This document shows positions 1-11,949 of a stretch of 64,000 bases of DNA, piece by piece. The stretch is from Azolla caroliniana (Eukaryota; Plantae; Polypodiophyta), in NCBI GenBank assembly GCA_043228905.1, contig JBHGNT010000014.1, positions 20,150,001-20,214,000 on the forward strand. The letters are read 5' to 3'. Numbering within the stretch: position 1 is the stretch's first letter; each line of letters begins with the position of its first letter. The notes below the pieces were generated by a model that was given only the letters and a program-made list of their open reading frames with translations, was not told the origin of the DNA and ran no database searches. The position numbers were made by a program, and so were the translations under genes.

Positions 1-890
1 TGCTCGAATTGACTCCGGTAACTTGAGGGACAGAACCGACTGGTCTTCCCGAATGTTGCCGAGTCGGAGTGAGCCCGGTTCGCTTCCGAATATATATGCC
101 AAATACCGATTATTGAAACCGATTGTCTGGACCAATTCTGCTTCGGGTGGCTGCAGCGACGAGAGAGACGGATCCAACTGATCCTCCCGAATGTCGATCA
201 GCCGGATGAAGCACGAATTGGGGTTGTTGTCTTGAGACCGATCTGCACCGAGTGGTTACAATGAGCGGCGAGCAGCGTTTGATGACCTCTTCGGATGTCG
301 TTTAACCGAGTGGAGCACGATCGTGTCAATGTTGCACAAGGGGATTTCACCTCGAGCGGTTACGATCACAAGGAACAGAGTACAACCGGCTGGCTTACTC
401 CAAGCGAAGATGATCTAACGCGATGAGATGCAAGCCTCGTTTTTCTTCTTCTTCTCTGTTTCTTCGAATGACGACTAGGATGAAGCGAAAGGCCGAATAC
501 TGTGCAGGCTGTGATGACGCGAAGGACCGAATGCTGTGCAGGCTGAGACGACGGCCGACAGTGGGTTGAGGAACCTTGCTCTGATACCAAATGTTGGAGA
601 CAAGGCCGTGTCGCGGAAGATCAAGTAGCATTCGATTGGGGTTGAGTACCTGCGTATGACAGTTTCCAAGATCGTGCACAGAGAGAGAGAGAGAGAGAGG
701 AGGCACAAAAGAACTCTTTCTATTCAATAGAAAACAATAATACAACCAACCTTACAAAAAGGTTACAATGTCACTTTATATAGTGACCGACTTAGGGCAA
801 CTACCCTTTATGCTAATTACACAAATGGCCCAAACTTGAGCTATACAAGGGGATAGTATGAATACGTCCATTATACACTTGTATTCGACA
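1..890 (-). mobile_element. 5' end of a tRNA-Met-primed LTR retrotransposon (LTR 592-890, PBS 578-589; internal region runs off the left edge)
   Basis: On the minus strand, TGTCGAATA...TCTCCAACA (890->592) is followed by TT and TGGTATCAGAGC, the canonical tRNAi-Met PBS. The sequence right of 890 matches the uninterrupted LINE copy at ~7071, so the element inserted into a LINE. Confidence 0.8.
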
Positions 891-1880
891 ATTCTCCCCT
901 CTGTACTTAGCATCGCATGTGCCATCGTATTTTGCCAAATCATCCTCAAGACGAATCCAGCAAGCATGTCCCCAGTTGAGGGTGAACGAACTAGAGGCAT
1001 GTCAAAGCAAACGTAGTGCCCTTCCCCATACAGCCATTGCCTCACGACATTCCCATAGACAATGGGAAATGCTTTCTATTTGTCCACAAGCAATACATCT
1101 AGGGTCTACATTGGGGCCTTTACCCCACATCCCTACCGGGAAGGCTCTATGTGCAATAAGCCATAAACACATCATTATCTTGCGGTCATATCTGTCATGC
1201 CATATCGTTTTCCAGAATTTATCTAGTCTCATTTCACTAATGCCCTCCTGTATCCAAAATTTCTGTGTTGCAATCTTGTCGTGTTCTTGTTCTAGAATAA
1301 TTTGCCTCCCAATCTTCGTGTTATACCTGAAAATTTGAACCAGCTTTTCCCCATCAGTTCGTCCTTGAGTTCTCCAACAATACATCATTGGGTCCCATGA
1401 TAATTGATCCAAATGCCCTTGTATAGGCCAACACACTGTCGCTGGTGTGATATCCGTTGGTTTAGGGTCAATAATCACATTCTTGCCATTTTTTGCGATT
1501 AGCCTAATCGACCTTTCTCTTTGAAAGGCTTGTTGCTCAACTCTTACCATTTCGTGCTCTAGTTTGTAGTAGAATACCTCATTTGATTCTACTTTCATTC
1601 CCTTAATGCCAATTAAACAGTTCTCAACATCTATAAGTTCTGTCCACGCAATTTCAGAGGTTGTTAGTTCTTCCTCTTCCACGGTATTCCTGTAGCATGC
1701 AATGGCATCTGTAATTCTCTTGAGCATGCCTTTACCCCTGCCTATTCTCCATATTCTAGCCTTTTGAGTGCCCACCTCATTGGACAAAAACCTCTCCCAC
1801 TCCACTAATGCATTCCCTTGGGCATTGATTGATTCAGCCCATTTGAAACCTGCTTTTTGGCCTATCATCAGCCCATCCAA
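891..1880 (-). mobile_element. Non-LTR retrotransposon (LINE, L1/Tx1-like) ORF2 C-terminal fragment with zf-RVT-type zinc finger
   Basis: ORF 1002..1880 ends FWKTIW...MCLWLIAHRAFP...CIACGQIESISHCLWEC...VW, the zf-RVT C-x2-C...H...C pattern. It is interrupted by the LTR at 890. Confidence 0.75.
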
Positions 1881-2096
1881 TCTCTAATCAATGGGTTCCA
1901 TACAATTGGCATGTACATCCGCACATATGCATCATTTCTCCACCTACATGTGATCCCCTTTCACCTACATGTGATCCCCTTTCTTATTTCTTGCCATGCT
2001 TTCATAATTCCAATAGCACGACGACTCTGCATACTTCCCCAATATTTGGGTCTCATTTCCGGCACAAAGCCCCAAAGTGGGTTGTTTGGCCAGCGT

Positions 2097-3639
2097 TGTC
2101 GCGAAGTTTTGCGCGCGCGTGTTACTTGGGCGGGACCACGTGGGTCTTGGACTAGGGAGTACTCAAGGGATAGAGAAGACCCGAGGTTTGCTTTACGACA
2201 ATACTACTTCCCGACCCCTTCCCGAGCAAGGGCTCGTTGCCCTTTGTTTTGTGAGGCCGATGGCTCTCGTTGATCACGACTCGTCGACCTTTCGAGATCA
2301 CCGCACGAGCCAAGTGATCAAACGGGTACAAGCGAGAGATGAGCACGCAAGATGAACGCACAAGGGGACGATAACACAAACACGAATGCTCGTATGTCTT
2401 TATGAGGAGGAGAGGTGCATGGGCACGCTCGAATGCTCCCTCGTCACAAGACGTCGAACATACGAGGAAGACACAAAACACACGTACAAATGATCGTACG
2501 CCTTTATGAGGAGGAGAGGTGCATGGGCAAGCCCGAACGCTCCCTCGTCACAAGACGACCGAACATACAAGGAAGTCACAAACACACTAACAAATGCTCG
2601 TACGCCTTTATGAGGAGGAGAGGTGCATGGGTAAGCCCGAAACAGACCCTCTTCACAAGACGGCCGAACATACAAGGAAGACACAAACACACACACAAAA
2701 TGCTCGTATGCCTTTATGAGGAGGAGAGGTGCATGGGCAAGCCCGAAACGGTCCCTCGTCACAAGACGGCCGAATGTGCAAGGAAGACACGAACAAAGAA
2801 AGAAGGAAAGAAAGAAACACGAATGATATCCGCCAAAGAAATAAATATGTGTTCGATTCCAATGGCAACTTATAGTTAACCACGAGCTCAATCAAAACAT
2901 AAATACTAAATGCCCTTAGAGACAAGAGCAAATCCGAACACGACGAAGATGAACACACGAGCACCACCAAAATGTCAATCCCAACGAACCACGACCACCC
3001 GAAGGGCGAGCACACAGGCTCGCAACGACGAACGGGGCAGAGCAACGTCAAACCAACGAAGCTTGGGCTCATGAGCACTTCGAGTGCCGACGTGAAGAAG
3101 ACGGGCACGTGGTGGTGGGGGGATGAAGGGTTATGAAATGAAGAGAAGTGGTGAATAAGAAGATGAAGAGCTCCGAAGGAAAATTGGCAATAGTCTTCTC
3201 CTCCCAAAACGTCCTCCCCAAATGAGTCCCCCTCGACCTCCTTTTATAGGAAAAAAAAGAAGGGGGAGTCGCCAATTTTGTCTTCAATGAAAAAGGAATA
3301 AAATTCCTTAAATCACGCTGCACTTTAAGAGTAGATTTAAACCGTGCACCTCTAGCTAGAAGTCAATGTAACTATCCACTAGCCCATTAACTCTCTCTTG
3401 TATAATATATAATTCTATCTCTATAAATTCTTAGTCTGTTTCCCCTCTACCTTTTATCTCTCTTCTCTCTTACTTTTTGCACGAGCTTCTATACATCCTT
3501 TCCACCCTTTCTTTTCCCTTTTATTTTGCATATGCATAACTAATTGCTTTTGTGTGCACACACATTGCACATGCACATTTTTAACCCCCCCCCCCCTTTC
3601 GCCGGTTTTTCCCACTCTCGAGCACGCCACATCACGACA
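2097..3639 (-). mobile_element. Probable solo LTR (~1.54 kb) of the tRNA-Trp gypsy group
   Basis: Begins TGTCGCG...GGCGGGACCACGTGGGTCTTGGACTAGGGAG, the same end motif as the LTRs at 33989, 40306 and 51629, and ends CCGGTTTTT...TCACGACA. No adjacent PBS or clear PPT. Flanks are GCGT and TCGT (4-bp TSD with one mismatch). Confidence 0.65.
2372..2790. repeat. Four tandem ~104-106 bp units inside the solo LTR
   Basis: TATGAGGAGGAGAGGTGCATGGG recurs at 2401, 2505, 2609 and 2715, with the whole unit conserved between copies. Confidence 0.9.
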
Positions 3640-6600
3640 TCGTCCACCTTGTCTCGACAACCACATCTTCCATGTAGAAATCAATGAAGTGTATGTTTTT
3701 AAGCATGTTGCATATATGCACCAAATTTTGATATTTCACATTTTCAAATGTGTACGCAAATCTATGTCTTCCATTTATGGGATGGATAAATGGATATGTA
3801 GAGGATTGCAAATGGATCATAAATAAATAAATATCTGTTTTCGATTCTTCCAAGTGATTTTGAGCAATACATACAACATTCCACCATAATGGACCTTTGT
3901 ATTCTAGGACAAGACACAAAGTTAGGAAATATTATGTACATGGTGTTTTGCTAAACTAATTATTGAATCATATGTTGACGATAACAAGGTGTGAATGACT
4001 ATTACCTTAGTAGTTCACAATTGTTACATTAATGGTTTCTACGCTTAGAAGTGTTAAAAAACAACTTGTAACATTGACCATCTCTATCATATAATTAACA
4101 ACCTAAGAAGAAAGATACACGAGATTTTATCAGCACAACTATAGCGAGACTCCCAAGTGTCCCAATCTTATCTCTACCGAAAAGAAACTATTAACTTGGA
4201 ATAGACATTTATAAATATATAGACATGATAATCTACTTATCTGGTCACAAGCCACATAGATTGCTTGAAATTATGACCCAAAATATAGTGTATGATGATA
4301 TATAAACGATATCTATAAAATGCATATTTTTATAATTTATGTTAAAATATTATTCATCTTTAGTCTTTTCATCACATCACAGTTGGTACTTAAATGAAAA
4401 TGGCTATGGTCATGATCAATAGTAGACAAATTTCTAGGCACAGTGTAAGTGTCCCATCTAGGGAGGACTTTGTTTGTCTACCGTGTCAGAGAGTAGAAGT
4501 GGTTCCAGCTAGAATTTTCAAAACTTTAGAATTTAGGCAATTCACGTTTTCGAACCGGAAATTTTAGCATGCATTTGACCTATTTCATATGAAAAATAAA
4601 CATCTAAAAAAAGGACGCAAACCCTTTAGCCTCCCTTTTCTTTTGCAACCTCGCTTTGCTTGTCTTCTCAACAAGTACTCCGAGGTCTGAGTTGTCACAC
4701 ACATTAACTTGACTCTTGGATGTTCTCTCCCTCTAAAGAACATTTAAGTACTCTAATCTCTTTGTGTTTGATTGTTTGTCTATCTTTAGTTTGTGCATAA
4801 TCTTGCTCCGTCAATAGTTTCTTGTTCTAGTGTCAACTATAAATCTCTTCTAACTGAATTTTATAGCACTACTTATGCAAATGTTGGCATATAAAGAGGG
4901 ACCTAAGCAACATCATCAATAAGTTGGTCTTCCAAATGTAGTATTTAATGGACATTGGAGAGGGTTACATATTTAATTGAGACATGCCATCTTAATCTTG
5001 TTTTCCTTCTTCTTTCCTAAAAGTTGTAAAAATTGTTGTACACAAAATCTCAATGTACAATAATGTTTTACAAATTATTCGCACAAAAAATCAAACTAAG
5101 CAATAGCTGGCAAAATGCAATGATAATTCTAAAAGTCAAGAAAACATCGGCAAATTTCGACAACAATATTTTGTATCAGACATGACTATCTGCAAAAGTT
5201 GAGTAAAGTATAATGGCGTTGTACTATAATTTAGTTAGAAATAGAAATGCCAATAATGCCTCCTAACCGTGACCTCATATTTTGAGAATACAAAAATGGA
5301 CTTGGATTAGCATTCACTAATACGGTTATATCCATACTCTAACCTCTTTGAAAAATTCAAAACCTCTATTGCTCATCAAGTACAATAGGAGAACATTCTA
5401 TGAGATATGTCTAGACACCCTCATCCAAAACAAAGTTTGTATCTTTCTCTACTTTTCTCTTGAATGGGATTTTCTATCATACCCATAGCCATTCAATAGG
5501 TATGAAACGGCCAAAGGGCCAAATGTAAAATAATAGAAAACTTAAATACACTAATTAGGTCCTAGGACTAGTTTTAGTACAATTGGATCAACTAATCAAT
5601 GGGTTTAAGGAATATGACATTACGAACTAAATGATAGAATAGAGGTTGGCCGTGTAACATATATAAGAGACCTAGATGGTGCATTTGTGATGGAGAACGA
5701 TATACTTGTGTGATTATTGATCGGTTGTGAGTCAAAAGATTCTACATTTGGTAAATACTATAATTCCATTTCTCTCTCCCATTTTCTGTCAATTTGTATC
5801 TAAACTAGTTTTAGTAGGATAGGAATCGTTGGTCAAGACTCTTGTGTCGTAAGGTACTAAGGGGTCCCAACATGACACATTGGAAGGGAGAATGATATAT
5901 ATATGTTATTTTTTATTGATTGTGAATCAAATATTTGTATTCTAGTATATATGATTTTATTTCTCTCTCCCATTATTGATTTGGATCTTTGACTTAATCT
6001 ATGGTACGATGTTACATTATTATCGATTCCTAAGCTTACTCTCCATAGCCTTCCCTCGTTCTTGTAAGAGGTCATAGGTAAGAGGCAATATTAGATACAT
6101 TTGAGGTAGATTAATGTCACTCAAAGGTCATGCCATCCTTCGAAGCAATGTCAAGAGAAGAAACACCTTCACTTAACATAGAACCAACGCATCCTTGGGT
6201 ATCCTATCAAGCAATGTATACCGTTGGTTGTTTTTTTCAGAATATGGGGATCAACTTTGTTCCCATTTAGGCGGATCAACATATTGCATCAATCCTTTCC
6301 AAAATCAATATGTAATACTCTTGTGATAAATTTTGTGAAGATACTGTTGCAAACTGCACATGACAACTTTCCACCGAGTATGCAATCTCAACCACTTGGC
6401 TCAACATCATAATGTTGTTTTCACCAACCTCAAAAAGCTAATGGTGGCTCAACACCTTCACACTCTTTTCATTTGGACAATCATACTATGAGCTAGTATA
6501 TATAGCTTTTTTTTTACCAAAAAAGAATATACTCCATTAGTTAAAATATACACAAACTCGATCTATTTCTCGGGTAGGCCTTGCTTAAACTATCCTATCC

Positions 6601-6929
6601 TTCATAAGAGATCTCACTTATTTATCTTACACTTTCACATGTGTCTCTAGCCATCCTTTCATACACATCACCACATCACCTACATTCAATATCCCACATG
6701 ACATCTCTTTCACGCCCCTCATTCAACACGGGGAACAGTCATCTGGGTACTACATACTGCCATCGTATATCCATTCCATTTGGTGTGGTCATCCACCGCC
6801 GTTTTTTGAAATTCAACCTCATTAATTTTGAAGGATCATCAGTACCATCAACCCGCTCATATTGAGCTCTCAGTGTAGTTATTAATGTGTGTCATATTAG
6901 CTTAATCGATTCAGATGGAGGGCGTTTGT

Positions 6930-7745
6930 TTGCTGAAAATACCCGGGTACACCTTGTTGTCCATATGCACCATATGGTAATGGGTGGAAGCATCGTCCAT
7001 CGATCTCCAAGTTTTTGCTTCTACGCACTAACTGTAGGTACCCTGTTGCCAGTGATCAACTGAACAATGTAATTCTCTCCTCTATACTTAGCTTTGCATG
7101 TGATATCGTATTTCGCCACATCATCCTCAAGACAGTTCTAGTAAGCATGTCCCCAGTTGAGGGTGAACGAACTAGAGGCATAGCAAAGCAAATGTAATGC
7201 CCTTCCCCATACAGTCGTTGCCTCGCGACATTCCCATAAACAATGGGAAATGCTTTCTATCTGTCCACATGCATAACATCTAGGGTCTACATTGGGGCCT
7301 TTACCGCACGTCCCTACCAGCAAGGCTCTATGCACAATAAGCCATAAACACATCATTATCTTGCGGTCATAACTGTCATGCCATATCATTTTCCAGAATT
7401 TATCAAGTCTCATTTCATTAATGCCCTCCTGTATCCAAAATTTCTGTGTTGCAATCTTGTCGTGTTCTTGTTCTAGAATAATTTGCCTCCCAATTTTTGT
7501 GTTGTACCTGAAAAATTGAACCAGCTTTGCCACATCAATTCGTGCTTGAGTTCTCTAGAAATACATTGTTGGGTTCCATGATAATTGATCCAAATGCCCT
7601 TCTATTGGCCAACACATTGTCGCTAGTGTGATCTCCCTTGGCTTAGGGTCAATAAACATATCCTTTCCATTTTTTGCTATCAGGCTAATCAACCTTAAAT
7701 CTCTTTGATAGGCTGGTTGCTCGCCTATTGTCATTCCGTGCTCTA
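6930..7745 (-). mobile_element. Second copy of the same LINE zf-RVT fragment
   Basis: ORF 7138..7533 is near-identical to the C-terminal half of 1002..1880 (RYNTKIGRQIILEQEHDKIATQKFWIQEG...CYACGQIESISHCLWEC). Confidence 0.8.
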
Positions 7746-9959
7746 GTTTTCAACCTAGTTCCCACCTTTGCAAGTAATGTTTCCTTTTAGATTCATGTTT
7801 GATAAGAAAATATTGATCAAAAGCATACAACAAATTTTACAAGTCGTATTGCCTTTCCCATAAAACGCTACCACAATTCCTCTTTGACTCTAAAGAGTTA
7901 TTACACCTACTTTTAAAATGGCCCCAAGAAATGGATTGGAAAACAATATTGATATATGCATATTTTTTTATATAACAATTATCTACTTAATTGAGACACC
8001 TCATGTTTTTATTATGTAGAAATGATCTATTTAATTAAAACAAACATATTTCTTAATTAGTGCAGTGATTAGGTTTGTGCTAAATTTAGTTTAACTTAAA
8101 GCCTTTGAGGCTTCCACGGAGATACATAAAATGGAGAGGAAAGTTCTTTTACATGTTGAAGCATGGGGTAGTCTTTCCCATCAGGGAGTGACATCCCAAA
8201 TTCCTTAGTTACCCCATTGTACGGAAGGCAACCACACAAAACCCAATAGCACCCCATGGAAGTCCAACACTTTTGAGGACAACTTGTGTCAGCCCCTTCA
8301 AGAGTCACTCTACCATCAACCACTCCCCCGACTAACTTTATCCTCAAATCACCAACTTGCATGCACTAATGATCTTGCTCTCCATTTGATAGTGAGCATG
8401 AGGGGCACAACAATTGTTTCCATGTTTTGTTCTCCGGGTTTATCTACAACTATGCTATTATCCTATGGATGTGCCATAATGTTAGTTATTTGACTGACTA
8501 TAGTGTTATAACAATCAGTAAACTTAGGACTAGAGGCTTATCAATATAAAGGAGCCCTAGTATCAAATTACTATGTCATTGTTAGTACTAAGTTCTCTTG
8601 TAGTTACTTAGTAAAAGTCATGTAAACATGTGCTTCAATCAACCAACAACCTTTACTAATTGTATGCTGGAACAACACTGTCAATACAATTGTTTGTCCC
8701 TTCGTAACGTCCCATAAAAGAAGAGGAAAAGAAAAAAGGAATGGACTTCTATTGCTCCTCTTCCACCTTTATCTCCACATTTCTAATGGCAAGTGTTTTG
8801 ACATGTCTCCCGACACCAGGAGAAGGAAGTGTAGTTTACTTGTATTGGTGAATACATTTAAACTTGACACATTGTTACTAAACTCCAACCACGTGCCCAC
8901 ATACTTGCACATTACAATAGAAAACCCATACATTTTTTTCTATGTATTAGAGTACAAAAGGAAAATATGTCCATTACGCAACCTTACAATAAAAAAGTTG
9001 ACCAATATGCAAATGAGATTAAGAGTGATGCCATGCAGCTCTCCCTCACTAAAGGTGTGGAAACCAATTGGGAGAAAATGAAGTTGGGCGTTATTCTCCA
9101 GGTAGGGTATCCATGTTTCAATGCACCTTTAGGTAGACATCTACCACAACAACACAATTGCACTCACTATATCAAATTCCATTGTAGCAATTGTCATCTC
9201 TTCAATAACATGGTAATTCCTAGTTCCAAGAAGTCGACATAATTCCCAACCCTTTCCGATTGAGCCCAAAATATTCCAAAGTTTACTTTGAAGGAAACCT
9301 AGTCATCACATTTACTTCTTCCGTTCATTCTTTAGGATTTCTCTTAGGCATTACATTTCTTTAAGACACAATTTGTTCATACATGGTATTTATTCAAAGC
9401 TTGTGCTAATTAAGGGTATTGTCTATTGTTTCATTGGAGTTCTGAAATTCATACTCTTCTTTGTCTACCACTAGTTCCAGAAATTCAGTATTGATCTAGG
9501 TCATGACTCATAACTAGTCTCACCTCTTCCAAGCCTTTGCCAATCCACTCAGTGACTTAACTATGGTAGTTTTTTTGTCTCCATCACATTATCAACGTCC
9601 TACTTTACCTCTCCCTCTCCGATTTCTTAATTCTGTATATCACCTCTAAGTTCTCAAGGTTTGGTTGGGCATTGTATGGTAGCTACTCCTTCTGTTTGAA
9701 AATATTGTTGTGGGCCTATTTCAGGATGGAGTTCCACAACCTTTTGCATCACTTCCATAAATTCATCAAGCTCTACTTTTTGCCATAAACCCGTAACTCA
9801 CCCCAAAAATACTTGTGTTTTCTTGTTGTTATTCCCTTCCTCTAATACTTTTTTTGCACCATTGAACTCACTCGAACACAACATCTCATTATATTGTCAT
9901 GCAATGGGTAGTTAACTACCAAGGCTATGTTGTCCACAACACAATGGAGGATGTCTCAA

Positions 9960-10620
9960 AAATTCATGGATACGACTTGGGATGTAGATACTATGTGTCA
10001 TCACAAGGAATGGTTTAGCATCTACCAATTTGCAATGTTAATACCTTTTTAATGGGTAGTCATATTAATTGGAAGGTTATCAAAATGGGTATAATGAAGA
10101 TCAAATGTAATAACAAAATTGTTATAATGTTAGCCAATGTTTAACAAATGCTTGAGTTGAAGAAAAGAATTCATCTCCTTGGGAACCTTAGATTCTTTCA
10201 ACTACGATTTGTGAGTTTGTTCCTGTGGTTTCGACTCAAGGGTCAATTGACTACTGTACTTTGCACATTTTTGTATACAAGGGTTAAATGCAAAGTAGAA
10301 ACACAAGTGTGTGTTTGTTGCAAAACCCCAAATCCATAGTAACACTAGTAGAAACACAAGTGTGTGTCCGTTTTGGGCTTCATAAGATCATCAATAAAGA
10401 TATTGTCTTTGATGACGCCATCATGTTGAAGAAAAAAGTTAAACAACATACTTCTGCAAAAGATGTACTGAAGCTAATGAATCAAGTGATCTTTGAAGAG
10501 AAGCACCCTCCAACAAGAACTCAAACCCAAGGGGAAGAATAGTGACTTGGAAACTTTGTAAAACTATGTAATTATGCATTGCGAGATTCCATCTCGAAAC
10601 AAGGAATAGGAATCCTGCAA
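9960..10620 (+). pseudogene. Highly decayed Ty1/copia relic (protease region and integrase C-terminal traces)
   Basis: Broken translations give WI...GC.YYV..HKEWFS (copia protease region), L.NV...ELKK..ISLGTLD and KIINKDIVFDD (SRDVVFDE-like). Confidence 0.55.
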
Positions 10621-11949
10621 TGTTTAGTGTCACCAAGTGTTAATGGAGAGAGGTTAAAAAGACTAAAGCCTGACTAAAATAAAAAACATAAATGAAAATC
10701 CACTTCAACTTTGAAGCAACACATTGTTCTAAAATATCTTACCTTCAAACTTGAAAGTTGGTATATGTTGCTAAGTCCTAACACTCCTTATCTTAACTAC
10801 AACAAATACATGAGGCTATTTTCTTTCATGCATAGATTTGTTGGCTGTCCCTAAAGTACTATTAAAATTGGCTTCTTGCTTCAAGAAGTGTGTCGTAATA
10901 GGTAAGAGATGCAATGATACATTTGTATTTCAAACATCACAAAGAACAATAGCATCCTTATTTCCCTACTCTCATTAACTTTCAAAAGGTGTTACCGCTC
11001 ATCACCAATGTAGCAACATAGCTCAACCCATAAGTAATTTTGCATGGAGTGCCCAAACAAAGGGACCTACAAACACTCAAATTAGTCACTTTGTACACAA
11101 TGCCACACCCAAACTTTACATATTAGTTACGTGTGAATTATTGAGTCAATTATCTTTGTCTAGAACCTTTTGATTTGCTCTTCTTTGCCATCTACAAAGA
11201 TGATATTGCTCATAAATTGCATTATTTTATTTAACATTACATCAATATCTATTCTCCAAAATTTTCAGCATATTTGATTGATCAGATTGTTCTGGAGATA
11301 TATAATTGTTTGTGTTTTCTTTAAGCATATGTTTAGTTCTACCAATTGCATAAAGACCATTAACTGTTTTAAATTGTTTGAAAACTGCTTTACAATGTGT
11401 GCATGTGTTGAGCATCAAAGAGAAGATTTTTCAAATGGAGAGGCATAGTCACTGTTTGTTCCTGGCATATTGCCTGGATTAAGCCTAGGATAAAAACACC
11501 GTGCTGCCAAGACCTTGCATGTTTACAAAAAATTGAGCATGCATTGATGCTACTACACAATTACCATATTTTAAAGATAATCTTAGCCACAAAAGGCGAT
11601 CATTGAAGATGGTAGTTAGGGAGAACAAAATTTTGATCTTTGCACCTTGGAAAAATAACCTTGAGTCAAGCATGGACATCTAAAACTATACGCATTGAAT
11701 TATATTATTACATTTTCTATTTTCTATGCTACTTTTACATTGGATATGTGATATTGTCTATTAACTCTTTTTGCGTGTTGATACTAATAACCAGCATTGC
11801 TAGCTACCTAGTTACCTCACACGGTAAAATCAATCAAATTATTTCTATGCAGTCTTTTTACTTTGATTTGAGCAACTATCTACAAGCTGTGCTTACCCAA
11901 TGGACCATCTTCGCTTTTTTGATGCACCCTGTTCCCATTAACCCAAAGT

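Noticed and set aside
2372-2790. CRISPR-like periodic array
   Set aside because: Whole units are repeated with no unique spacers, there are no cas genes, and the context is a eukaryotic LTR.
8096-9870. Possible gene or transposase remnants (ORFs 8096..8362, 8752..9242)
   Set aside because: Short and broken, with no motif I can assign. Probably decayed TE sequence, but unsupported.
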